Both the position numbers and the translations under genes were made by a program. DNA of 64,000 nucleotides from Alphaproteobacteria bacterium (GTDB lineage Bacteria > Pseudomonadota > Alphaproteobacteria > SP197): positions 1,856,001 through 1,920,000 of the forward strand of contig OZ219747.1 of NCBI GenBank assembly GCA_964291265.2. The letters run 5' to 3'. The notes beneath the pieces were generated by a model that saw nothing but the letters and a program-made list of their open reading frames with translations, was not told where the DNA came from and made no database searches. Below, piece after piece: positions 52,898 through 62,147 of this stretch. Each line of letters opens with the position of its first letter. Position 1 is the first letter of the stretch.

Positions 52898-53490
52898 TCC
52901 CGCAAGACCCTTGAACGCGGTCACGCGTTACCATCCAGGAATGAGAACGTCTCACCCCGACGCGCCGCTCAGCCTCCCCGGGAAACACCCGGGCCGTCCA
53001 AACGACACCGCATCACGAGACTGCCGCAGCCTCTGAGCCGCAGCGACGCCCGATCCGCCGCCGGGCTGGCTCACAGGTCGCAGCATCCGCCCGAAAACAC
53101 TCGACGCCTGCCGCACCCTGCAGGACGAATGGCGTGACCGCCTCGACAGCATCCCCGAAACCCTCCGTGACACGCCTTACGGAGAACGCCTGCAGAGCGT
53201 CGCCGATGCCGACATCGAGGCTCTCGAGGACATCGAACCGCCACGCGGCTACGGAAGGGACACGTAATCTCGCAAGACCCTTGAACGCGGTCACGCGTTA
53301 CCATCCAGGAATGAGAACGTCTCACCCCGACGCGCCGCTCAGCCTCCCCGGGAAACCCCCGGGCCGTCCAAACGACACCACATCACGAGACTGCCGCAGC
53401 CGCTGAGCCGCAGCAACGCCCGATCCGCCGCCGGACTGGCTCACAGGTCGCAGCATCCGCCCGAAAACACTCGACGCCTGCCGCACCCTG
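52746..53490 (+). repeat. 370-bp tandem duplication, including decayed copies of part of the Toprim gene
   Basis: CAGGACGAAT at 52751 and 53121; 53020-53120 and 53390-53718 align with parts of 51988-52560. Confidence 0.9.
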
Positions 53491-54106
53491 CGCCGCCGCA
53501 ACCGCAACGCACGCAGCCTCTTCGCCCAGCGCAACAGAAACCGTCAGCTCTCCAGCCTCGAGATCGTCCCGCCCGACGAACCACGACGAGGACGGAGAAC
53601 GCCAGAACGAAACCACGCGCAAAAGCCTGAAGCTCCCCTCCCACATCACGTTCCACAAACGCCGAACGCCAGAAAACGCCGACCGGAACGACATCGTCAA
53701 CGTCAATGCAAGACCAATGGGATCCAACAATAGGCAGAAAACAAAGACCGGGCGGACCTTCGTCCAATGCCGCACGTTCTCCTGTCGTGGTCACCCACTC
53801 ACACGATCAGCGCCCAAAAGAGCGGTTCTCCGCCAATATCCCGCCGTTCTAAATCGCCGCCGACAGCTGATCACACAACGCGCGGATTACGTCTTCGTCG
53901 TCAAGGGCAACGCTCCGGAGACCTTCGCCATCCTCGACAGCATCAATTGGCAAAAGGACGCCACCGGCCACTTCACGGAGCCGTTCGACAAGGCGCACGG
54001 TCGACTGGAGCAGCGTTCGATCAGCGTCCTCGTCCCGTTGGACGGTCTGATCAACTATCCGGGCGTCCGTCAGGTCGCCCGCATCACCCGCTATCGGGAG
54101 CCGTGG

Positions 54107-54298
54107 AAGAAAGGCTCCGGCGATGCCGGGAAGGAAGGCCCCGGCGATGCCGGGAAGGAAGGCCCTGGCGATGCCGGGAAGAAAGGCTCCGGCGATGCCG
54201 GGAAGGAAGGCTCCGGCGATGCCGGGAAGGAAGGCCCTGGCGATGCCGGGAAGGAAGGCCCCGGCGATGCCGGGAAGAAAGGCCCCGACGATGCCGGG
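54107..54298 (+). repeat. 8 x 24-bp in-frame tandem repeat (K[E/K]G[P/S]GDAG) inside the ISAs1 transposase
   Basis: AAG(G/A)AAGGC(C/T)CCGGCGATGCCGGG units. Confidence 0.92.
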
Positions 54299-55842
54299 AA
54301 GCAAGAAGAGAAGGATTACACGGAAACCGATTACATCATCACCTCTCTCGATACGGGGGCCACGTCGCCGGAAGAGTTGCTGCGACTGAACCGCCGCCAC
54401 TGGGCCGTGGAAAATCTGAACCATCGACAAAGGGATTGCGTCTTCGGCGAAGACGCCTGCCTGACCCGCACCGACAACGGCCCGGCGAACCGGGCCAGCC
54501 TCAACAACATCGCGCTCGCGGTGATCTTCGCCAACCGCCGCGAGGCCGAAAGCCTCGCCGAAACCCGGCGCCGCCTACAACTGGACCGTCGCGAGGCCAT
54601 CAACGCCCTGACCCGGCCCTGAGACGCCTTGAACGTCCGGGGATCCCGGAACGCTGCCAGAACATCGAGAACCAGTAAGCGTTCGGCCACGCGGTGATTG
54701 TTGGTGATATTCACCGGTTGAGGATGCGTTTGGGAGGCGCACCACGTGGCGGTTCGCTGTTGGGTCCGAAGACGATGGGTCCGGGTCGGGTTGCTCGTCG
54801 TTGGGGTGGCGGCAGGGTGATGAGGCCGTCGCGGTGCATGGCCAGAAAGGCGACATGCGCCATCATGTTCTTGAGGCCCCGTCGGGCTTGTATCAGCCGG
54901 TCTCGCGGCAGAAGGCGCGGGCGATGGCCGCACGGGTGGGGTGCTGGGTGATCAGGGAGCGCAACAGCGCCATCTCGTGCGCGGTGAAGTCACGGCCGTC
55001 GTAACGGCACTCGATCACCCCGGTTCCATGAGGTCCCTTCGACGCTCCGGGGGCATCGACCATGGCAGCCACGGGTCGAGGTCATCCGGCGGCTTGCCGC
55101 CGTTCTGCGCGCAGGCCTCAAGCCACTCATGAAGCCAGCGCCGAACATTGATGTTGTTCATGGCAAGGGTGCCGATGACCGAGTACATGATGGCGGTGAA
55201 GGCGGCGCCTTCCTCGCTGTCGGAGCCGAAGCTCAGCTTTCTCGCGGTCACCGCACCCCGGAGGGTTCTCTCGGCAAAGTTGTTGTCCATGGGCACCTGG
55301 GGATGGTCGACAAAGACGCACAGTCCCTCGCGGTGACGGATCAGGGAACGCAAGGGCTTCGCTTCGCGTGCACCCTCGGGCAAGGCGTCGAGTTCCTCCT
55401 GAGCCTGCCTGAACAGCGCCTCGACAGCCGCACGAAGGTCCTTCTGCAGGGCATTGAACCTCGCTGACTGACGCTTGCGTGCGGGATCGTAGTGCTTCAG
55501 CCGTTGCCCATTCAGTGTGTAGATCAGCGCGATCCTGTCGAGCCACTTGTCGCACCACTCTTCCAGCCCCTCTTGGCCTGCCGCAGCCTCGATCACATCG
55601 CGCCTGGAGTGCGCCCAGCAAAGGCAGAGGATCACCTTGCCATCAAGCTCACGCTCCAGTTTCCTGTAGACCGCGTAGCGATCGCAGACAAGGAAGACGG
55701 TGCCTTCGGTGGAGGCGAACAGCACCATGGCCACCCGGGTGCTGCGTGACGGGTCGATAAGGAAGAAGACGGAGTCGGCGCTGACCGCGGTCCACAGCCA
55801 GGCCTTCTGCGAGCGCCCCGAGGCCTTGAGGGACTGGATGCG

Positions 55843-57761
55843 GTGTGCCAGGCGAACTGGCGGAAGGTAGGGGGTGAAAGTCCCCTGAAACGAAGGAGTA
55901 ACCAAACCACGTTTCTCCGCGAGCCGTGCGTCGGTTCCCGCGAGGGGGCAGGCGAAGCGTCGGTAGCGGTACGGATGGGCAGGGCTAATGAGCACCGAAA
56001 AGTCCGTTGTTCGGGGTGCCGAGGCTTTCGCATCGGTCGAAGGCAACATCGCAGGCATCGATTTGGTGAGATGTCGGCGAGCCCCGCGGTGTCGGAGAAC
56101 CCATGCACGTCCGCACGCCTTCTGTTGGGACCCTGGGAGGTCTTCGAACTATCCCGCCTGTCGTGGCGGGACCGTGTAGGGAAAGGAGAAAGCCGAAGCC
56201 TATGAGGAACGGTTTGAAGAAGTCGGATGGGGCCGTAAGACCGGTGAAGGCGGCGAACAAGGGAGCGTCAGCTTCTGCGGAGTCGCTGGAGGAAAGGGCC
56301 TCAACCAAGGGGAATCCGGGACGCCAAAGCACGCACCGAACGCAGTGTCGGGCAAGTGTGCCACAGGCGGCGGACCGGATACGGGAAGCTGCAGAGAGGA
56401 ACCCGAAGGAGCGTCTCACTGCACTCTTCCATCACATTACGCCGGACGCGCTCCGGGCGGCCTACTTCGGTTTGAAGAAGGAAGCCTCGGCAGGTGTCGA
56501 CGGCGTGACGTGGGCGGCGTATGGCGAGGGTCTGGACGAGCGCTTGCTTGATCTGCACTCGCGCCTGCATCGTGGGGGAGCGTACCGGGCGCCGCCGGTT
56601 CGGCGGGTTGAGATACCCAAGCCGGACGGCGGGACACGACCGCTCGGGATTGCCGCACTGGAGGACAAGATCGTCCAGAAGGCGGTTGTGGATGTGATCC
56701 TGACACCGATTTATGAGGTGGAGTTCCTTGGCTTCAGCTACGGGTTCCGACCGGGCCGAGGGGCGCATGACGCTCTCGACGCCCTGGCGTTCGGGATCGA
56801 GCGGCGCAAGGTCAACTGGATAGTCGACGCGGACATTCAGGGGTACTTCGACACAATCCCGAGGGATTGGTTGATCAAGTTCCTGGAGCATCGCATTGGC
56901 GACAGGCGGGTGATCCGTCTGATCCGCAAGTGGCTGAACGCTGGCGTCATGACCGACGGATCATGGAGCGACACCGGTGCGGGCACGCCTCAGGGCGCCA
57001 TTGTCAGCCCCTGCCTGGCGAACGTGTTTCTGCACTACGTGCTCGATCTGTGGTTTCACAAGGCATGGCGTCCGAAGGTTCCGAACGGTAAAGCGATCAT
57101 TGTCCGCTACGCGGACGATATTGTGGTCGGGTTCCAGCATAAGCGGGATGCGGAGACATACCTTCGCGACGTTCGGGAGAGGCTGGACCGCTTTGGTCTC
57201 ACCCTTCACCCGGACAAGACCCGTCTCGTTGAGTTTGGACGGTTTGCCAAGGCGAACCGGCGATCTCGCGGGGCGGGCAGGCCGGAGACGTTCGACTTCC
57301 TGGGCTTCACGCACTTCTGCACGGAGACCCGGAGAGGACGCTTCAGGCTTGGTCGCAAGCCGGTCGCAAAACGGGTCGCAAGGACCCTGGCGCGCATCGA
57401 GGAGGTGCTTCGCAATCGACGGCATCACGACATATGGGAGGTCGGCATGTGGCTTGGGCGAGTTGTCAATGGCTGGTCCAACTACTTCGCCGTTCCGGGG
57501 TCGACCCGATGGCTGCGCACGTTCCGCCAAAGGCTGCAACGCCTATGGCTGCGAGCGATCCGCCGCCGCTCCCAGCGCCACTGCTTTGACTGGAAGCGAT
57601 TGGAGCGCATGACCGAGCTTCTTTGGCCGCGCGTCTCCATCCGCCACCCATGGCCGGACCAGCGGTTTACCGTCAAGCACCCGAGGTAGGAGCCGGATGG
57701 ATTAACGTCCATGTCCGGATCTGTGCGGGGGGTGCGCAGCAATGCGCATCCCTACCGCGAC
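55843..57761 (+). mobile_element. Group II intron, full length (1919 nt)
   Basis: GTGTG...CGCGAC boundaries are exact when compared with the uninterrupted site in copy A (22631-22655); DV and DVI present. Confidence 0.95.
56202..57689 (+). CDS. ltrA: Group II intron reverse transcriptase/maturase (no C-terminal endonuclease domain evident)
   Basis: IPKPDGGTRPLG, SYGFRPGR, GTPQG, RYADD, FDFLGF, GWSNYF. Confidence 0.95.
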   Translation: MRNGLKKSDGAVRPVKAANKGASASAESLEERASTKGNPGRQSTHRTQCRASVPQAADRIREAAERNPKERLTALFHHITPDALRAAYFGLKKEASAGVDGVTWAAYGEGLDERLLDLHSRLHRGGAYRAPPVRRVEIPKPDGGTRPLGIAALEDKIVQKAVVDVILTPIYEVEFLGFSYGFRPGRGAHDALDALAFGIERRKVNWIVDADIQGYFDTIPRDWLIKFLEHRIGDRRVIRLIRKWLNAGVMTDGSWSDTGAGTPQGAIVSPCLANVFLHYVLDLWFHKAWRPKVPNGKAIIVRYADDIVVGFQHKRDAETYLRDVRERLDRFGLTLHPDKTRLVEFGRFAKANRRSRGAGRPETFDFLGFTHFCTETRRGRFRLGRKPVAKRVARTLARIEEVLRNRRHHDIWEVGMWLGRVVNGWSNYFAVPGSTRWLRTFRQRLQRLWLRAIRRRSQRHCFDWKRLERMTELLWPRVSIRHPWPDQRFTVKHPR

Positions 57762-59455
57762 CCAGCTGGTCTCGTCGCCGTGGCGCACCGTCAGCCGGTT
57801 CTGATGATCGAGGATGGCCTGAGCGAGAGGCGCGAACATCGGCGTCATCTTCTTCATGCCGCCAGCGATCGTTCCCGGCGCCATCGGCAGTCCCTGGTCT
57901 TCCAGCCATCGCGAGACCCGGCGCAGGGGACGCAAGCAGGCGAAGCGCTCATAGAGCACGCATGCCCAGACACTGATGCCGAAGGGGGTATTCGCAAGCA
58001 AGCGCAAAGGTGGCGGCGCGATGATCTCCGCAGGCGCCGACGAACACTGACAACCACGGCGCCAACGCCCACGCTCAATCCGCCGGACATGAGCCTTGAC
58101 ATGGACCTCCATGATCGAGGTCTCGTGGCTGCCGTTGGCCACATAGGGCTCGCCGCAACACGGGCACGTGCGCTGCGATGCCGGTGGATCATGGCGTTCG
58201 TGCTTCTCCTTGAGCTTCGGACGCGGAGTGCGCCCGTGGCCGCTCTTGCCAGGTTGCTGACCCCGCTTGTTCCCGGTGCCTTCCTTCTTCTTCCGTTTCT
58301 CGCTCTTCGACCCGAAGCGCGCCGTCGCGTGCTTGGCACGCGTCCCGCGGAGATTCCTCAGCTCGCTCGCCTGTTCAGCGTTCTTGAGCTTCAGAGCGTC
58401 CCTTTCCTGCTCCAGCGCCTCCGCTCGGGCCTGTCCACGCTTCACCTCCCGGCGAGCCTCCTTGAGCTGATCACGAGTGCGGTCGAGATGAAACTTGAAT
58501 GTGCCCGCACGGGCACGGGCAGAATTCTTCGCACGGCGCAGGTCACGCATACGCGCTTCCGCCGCATCCGCACGAACCCGCTCCGCCTCATAGAGCGCAC
58601 GCCAGTCAGGCGCCTCGCATGACAAGGCCACTGACGCCCGACATAGGCCGTCACCACCTCCCGTCAGCTGCTGTGTCGCTCCGCGCGTCTCGGCAAAAGT
58701 CTTCATGGCCTCGACCATAATCGAGACCAAACGAGTTTACCAGCTCTTTCTCAGACGATAGTCAGCAAGACCCAAACCAACCAAAATCAGCCATCACCGA
58801 ACGGCCGAACGCTTACGAGAACCAAGCATCCGGGCCGAAAACGCTGCCAGTGTCGCTGTGCGGGCGGCACTGAAGCCACGGAATCCGCCCAGTGACATCC
58901 CGATTCGGCCGCGATTCGTCGGCCTCGCGCAAGATCAGATGGCCGATTCGGGCGCAATTCATCAGCTTCCCGAAAAATCAGCCGTAGCGTAGGAAAGTCC
59001 TGCGTGGCGCCTGGCCCGGGACCTGCCAGCATCAAGACCTCGATAACGAAGGCTTCGATGTATTGGTTCGGGATCGGGAGGTCCACGCGCCGGGCGCTGT
59101 CGGCCGGATCCGTGGAGGTCAAGGACCATGTTTCGTCCTTGTTGGGCGATGCGGCTGGCCGGCGTGATCTCGGGCTCATGAGCGTGCGAGACGCTCGACG
59201 CTCATGACGCGGCACACGGCGATGGCGTCGAAGGCCAGACACCCCTCATCTCGCCGGTCTGGCGAAGCCGGTCCGTATGCCGGCCTTCAGGGTCTTGGAG
59301 TGTGTTCCTTAAGTCGTTGCGATGCCTATATCTCGCATGGGTGGCCTCAGCCCAGGCCATGGTACCCACCATATGTGCTGTTGTGCACCTGATGAATGCC
59401 ACGATTCGTGATTATCCGCGACGTCAGGAACAAACTCTTCAAGGACTCTTCAATC

Positions 59456-59576
59456 GCAGGTGCTCGATCAAGGGGGCCATGATGAGGGTGACGGTGGCAA
59501 CCACGCACCGTCCCGAGTCTCGCCCGCACTCGCTAAGTTCCATGATACCTCGATCGCTGCGTGACCGAACGCTTAC
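59456..59576. mobile_element. IS66-type MITE, copy 3
   Basis: Aligns with the reverse complement of 17317-17443; right end TGACCGAACGCTTAC intact. Confidence 0.8.
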
Positions 59577-59605
59577 CGAGGGAGAGTGACGCTCGCAGCT
59601 CCGCC

Positions 59606-60385
59606 TCAGTGCAACCGGGGCTGCCGGATGAAGACGAAGGTCGACGGCGAAGACGATTCGGGGTCGAACCGGTAGCCGTCGGCGTCGAAGGACTTGAGAT
59701 CCTCGATGCTGTCGATCCGGTTGCGGATGACGTAGCGCGCCATCATGCCGCGCGACACCTTGGCGGTGAATCCCATGGTGCGCGCCACGCCGTTTCTCAT
59801 CTCCTTGAACACCGGCGTGATGACGGACGCCTTGAGCCGGTCCGGGGGAATGGCGCTGAAGTACTCCTTCGAGGCCGCGTTGACGACGACCCGCGAATCC
59901 AGCTGCCTGAGGTCGCGGTTGAGGGCGCGGGCAATCCTGTCGCCCCAGAAGTCATAGAGACTGTGACCCCGGGGCGTGGTGAGCCGTGTGCCCATTTCCA
60001 GGCGATAGGGCTGGATGAGGTCGAGCGGCCGCAGCACGCCGTAGAGGCCCGAAATGATGCGCAGATGCGTCTGCGCATGGTCGAGATCCTCGGACGAGAG
60101 GCTCGCGGCATCGAGTCCGCGGTAGGTGTCGCCGGCGAAGGCGAGGACAGCCTGTTTCGCGTTCTCCGGCGTGTGCTCGAGGCGGAAGGCGCGGTAGCGG
60201 TCACGGTTGAGATCGGCGAGTTTCTCCGAGAGTCCCATGAGGCCCGCAAGGTCGACGGCGCTGAGCGTGCGCGTGGTCTTCATCAGTTCGCGGGTCTGGG
60301 CCATCAGCAACGGCTTCGTCCAGGCAATCCCTGGATCGGGGTCTTCGAAGTTGAGGGCCTTGGCAGGCGACACGACGACGAGCAT
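59606..60385 (-). CDS. yaaA: Peroxide stress protein YaaA (UPF0246)
   Basis: MLVVVSPAK, FAGDTY, ISGLYGVLRPLDLIQPYRLEMG, AKVSRGMM. Confidence 0.93.
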   Translation of the reverse strand: MLVVVSPAKALNFEDPDPGIAWTKPLLMAQTRELMKTTRTLSAVDLAGLMGLSEKLADLNRDRYRAFRLEHTPENAKQAVLAFAGDTYRGLDAASLSSEDLDHAQTHLRIISGLYGVLRPLDLIQPYRLEMGTRLTTPRGHSLYDFWGDRIARALNRDLRQLDSRVVVNAASKEYFSAIPPDRLKASVITPVFKEMRNGVARTMGFTAKVSRGMMARYVIRNRIDSIEDLKSFDADGYRFDPESSSPSTFVFIRQPRLH

Positions 60386-60447
60386 CTTCTTCCTCCCTTG
60401 CACCGCTTCCTGTTTAGTCCGGCTCGCGGCCGGCTGCAAATCCCGCC

Positions 60448-61230
60448 TCAGCGACCCTTCCACACGGGCCGGCGCCTTTCGATGAAGGCGCGGGCCCCTT
60501 CCTTCGAATCTTCCGATTCCAGGACCCGGGACATCATGGTGAAGCGGCCTTGCGAGTCGAGCCGTGCGGCTTCGTGCGGCGGCAGATCGCCGGCCATGTT
60601 GACCATCTGCTTTTCCGCGCGCACCGACAGCGGTGCGGCGGCGGCGATGTCGCGGGCGATGTCGCGCGCCGCGTCCATGACCCCGCCCTCCGGGGTCATC
60701 CGGCTCACCAGGCGCAGGTCGAAGGCTTCCTGGGCGTCCATCCGCCTTCCGGTGTAGAGCATCTCGAGGGCGACACTGCGCGGCAGCCTGGAGAGCAGAC
60801 GCGGCACGCTCGATGCGGCCGTGATGAGGCCGACATTGACCTCCGAGAGGAAGAACACGGCATTCCGGGATGCCACCAGAATGTCACCGGCGAGAGCGAG
60901 TTCGAATCCCCCGGCCACGCAATAGCCGTTGATGGCCATGATGACGGGTTTCTCGAGATCGAAGTTGCGTGACAGCCCTCCGAAACCCCAGCGTCCGTAC
61001 TCCTTGTCGGGTTCGTCCTCGGCGCCCTCGTTGAGATCCCAGCCGGTGCAGAAGAACCGGTCACCCGCCCCGGTCAGGATGGCGACGCGCAGGTTCGCGT
61101 CCTCGTGGAACATTTCGAAGGCGTCGTTCATATCCCGGCTGGTTGCCGCTCCGATGGCGTTGGCCTTCGGGTTGTCGAGAGTGACTTCCAGGATGTGACC
61201 ATCAATCCTCGTGTGAACCGTCCGTGTCAT
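60448..61230 (-). CDS. Enoyl-CoA hydratase family protein (CaiD-like)
   Basis: PKANAI, FFCTGWDL, GGFELAL, SEVNVG, EGARAFIERR. Confidence 0.88.
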   Translation of the reverse strand: MTRTVHTRIDGHILEVTLDNPKANAIGAATSRDMNDAFEMFHEDANLRVAILTGAGDRFFCTGWDLNEGAEDEPDKEYGRWGFGGLSRNFDLEKPVIMAINGYCVAGGFELALAGDILVASRNAVFFLSEVNVGLITAASSVPRLLSRLPRSVALEMLYTGRRMDAQEAFDLRLVSRMTPEGGVMDAARDIARDIAAAAPLSVRAEKQMVNMAGDLPPHEAARLDSQGRFTMMSRVLESEDSKEGARAFIERRRPVWKGR

Positions 61231-61326
61231 GACGCCCTTCCGTCCTGCCTCGCCGCAGAACCTAGACCTGCCATGTCATGAAAATTAGGTCTGGACGTGC
61301 CGCTTGGTCTGCGCTAGCTTGCCGCC

Positions 61327-62147
61327 ATGATGGCACGATCCAGCATTCTTCACACTCTGCGCGAGGACGGGGCCCGGGCGCGCGTTGCTGCCATCCTGTC
61401 GCGGGAGCAGCACTCTGGCCGTCGGGCTGCGAGCCGCCGGGTATGCGAGGAGTTTTCGTTCCGGGACGCGGCCGGGCGTTGGCAGCTGTCGAGTTGTCTG
61501 AAGGCCCTGACCACGTTGGCATTGTCGTATCCGGAGATCCGGCTTCCGGCACCACAGGCTGCTGCCGTGGACAACTCTCCGCGTCTTCTTGACGGAGAAG
61601 TGCCGCTGCCGGTCGGGGTGCCGTCCCGTCTGTCCGGGATTGCGCAGGTGCAACTGTCGGTGGTGACCGAGGTTTCGGAGCGAACGGTATGGAACACGTT
61701 GATGGCGCGCGAGCATCCTCATGGCATGACGACGTTTGCCGGCTGTCAGGTGCGCTATCTTGTGACGTCGGAGCACGGGATCCTGGGTGCGGTCGGGATC
61801 TCGGCGGCGGCGTTGACGGGCGAGGCCCGCGATCGCTGGATGGCATGGACGCCGTCCCAGCGGCGGGATCATCTCCAGCGGGTGGTCTGTCTGAGCCGGT
61901 TTCTGCTTCGGGTGCGGTGCCGGCACCTGGCGAGCCATGTTCTGGGGCGACTTCTCCGGCGTCTGCCGAGGGATTTCGAGGCCCGGTATGGATTCCGTCC
62001 CCTGGTGGTGGAAACCTATGCGGACGAGGGCTATGCCGGGACCTGCCTGCGGGCTGCGAACTTCGTGTGTGCGGGGCGGACGAAGGGTCGGGGTCGTCAG
62101 GATCGTCACCATCGCGCTGCCAAGACCGTCAAGACGGTCTGGATGCG
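61327..62147 (+). CDS. DUF4338-domain protein (probably the N-terminus of a transposase), interrupted by a group II intron
   Basis: WNTLMAREHP, GCQVRYL, RDRWMAW, VVCLSRFL, HLASHVLG, VVETYAD, GTCLRAANF...TKGRGR. Confidence 0.8.

Larger units (their letters stand above)
48522..53865 (+). mobile_element. IS21-family element with passenger genes (5344 bp)
   Basis: TG...CA termini; imperfect IR with TAGAACGGCGGGAT core; 5-bp TSD GCTGA (48517-48521 / 53866-53870). Confidence 0.92.
47278..54622 (+). pseudogene. DUF4338-ISAs1 fusion transposase, frameshifted (~48345) and split by the IS21-family element
   Basis: N-terminal HHYLGF...VANNTRFLIL...LAETFCDP...GW (DUF4338); ISAs1 motifs IPDFR, DGKRIRG, ITLDALHT | DYVFVVKGN, HGRLEQR, HWAVEN...FGEDAC; ends GCCCTG. 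Confidence 0.85.
55015..58718 (-). pseudogene. IS66 transposase interrupted by an antisense-oriented intron
   Basis: Near-identical to copy A TnpC; broken at HGDETSW|RIQ. Confidence 0.88.
54675..58816 (-). mobile_element. IS66-family element copy B, containing a full-length group II intron
   Basis: Same IRs as copy A; 8-bp TSD GAGAACCA; 2223 bp without the intron. Confidence 0.95.

Noticed and set aside
51988-53718. Diverged repeat pair near RT genes resembling a DGR template/variable repeat
   Set aside because: In my manual alignment only about a third of mismatches have A in the putative template, there is a large deletion, and the RTs are typical group II maturases inside intron RNA.
56202-57689. 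RT as retron, Abi or other defence RT
   Set aside because: It has a maturase domain and lies within GTGTG...AC boundaries with DV and DVI, so it is a group II intron RT.
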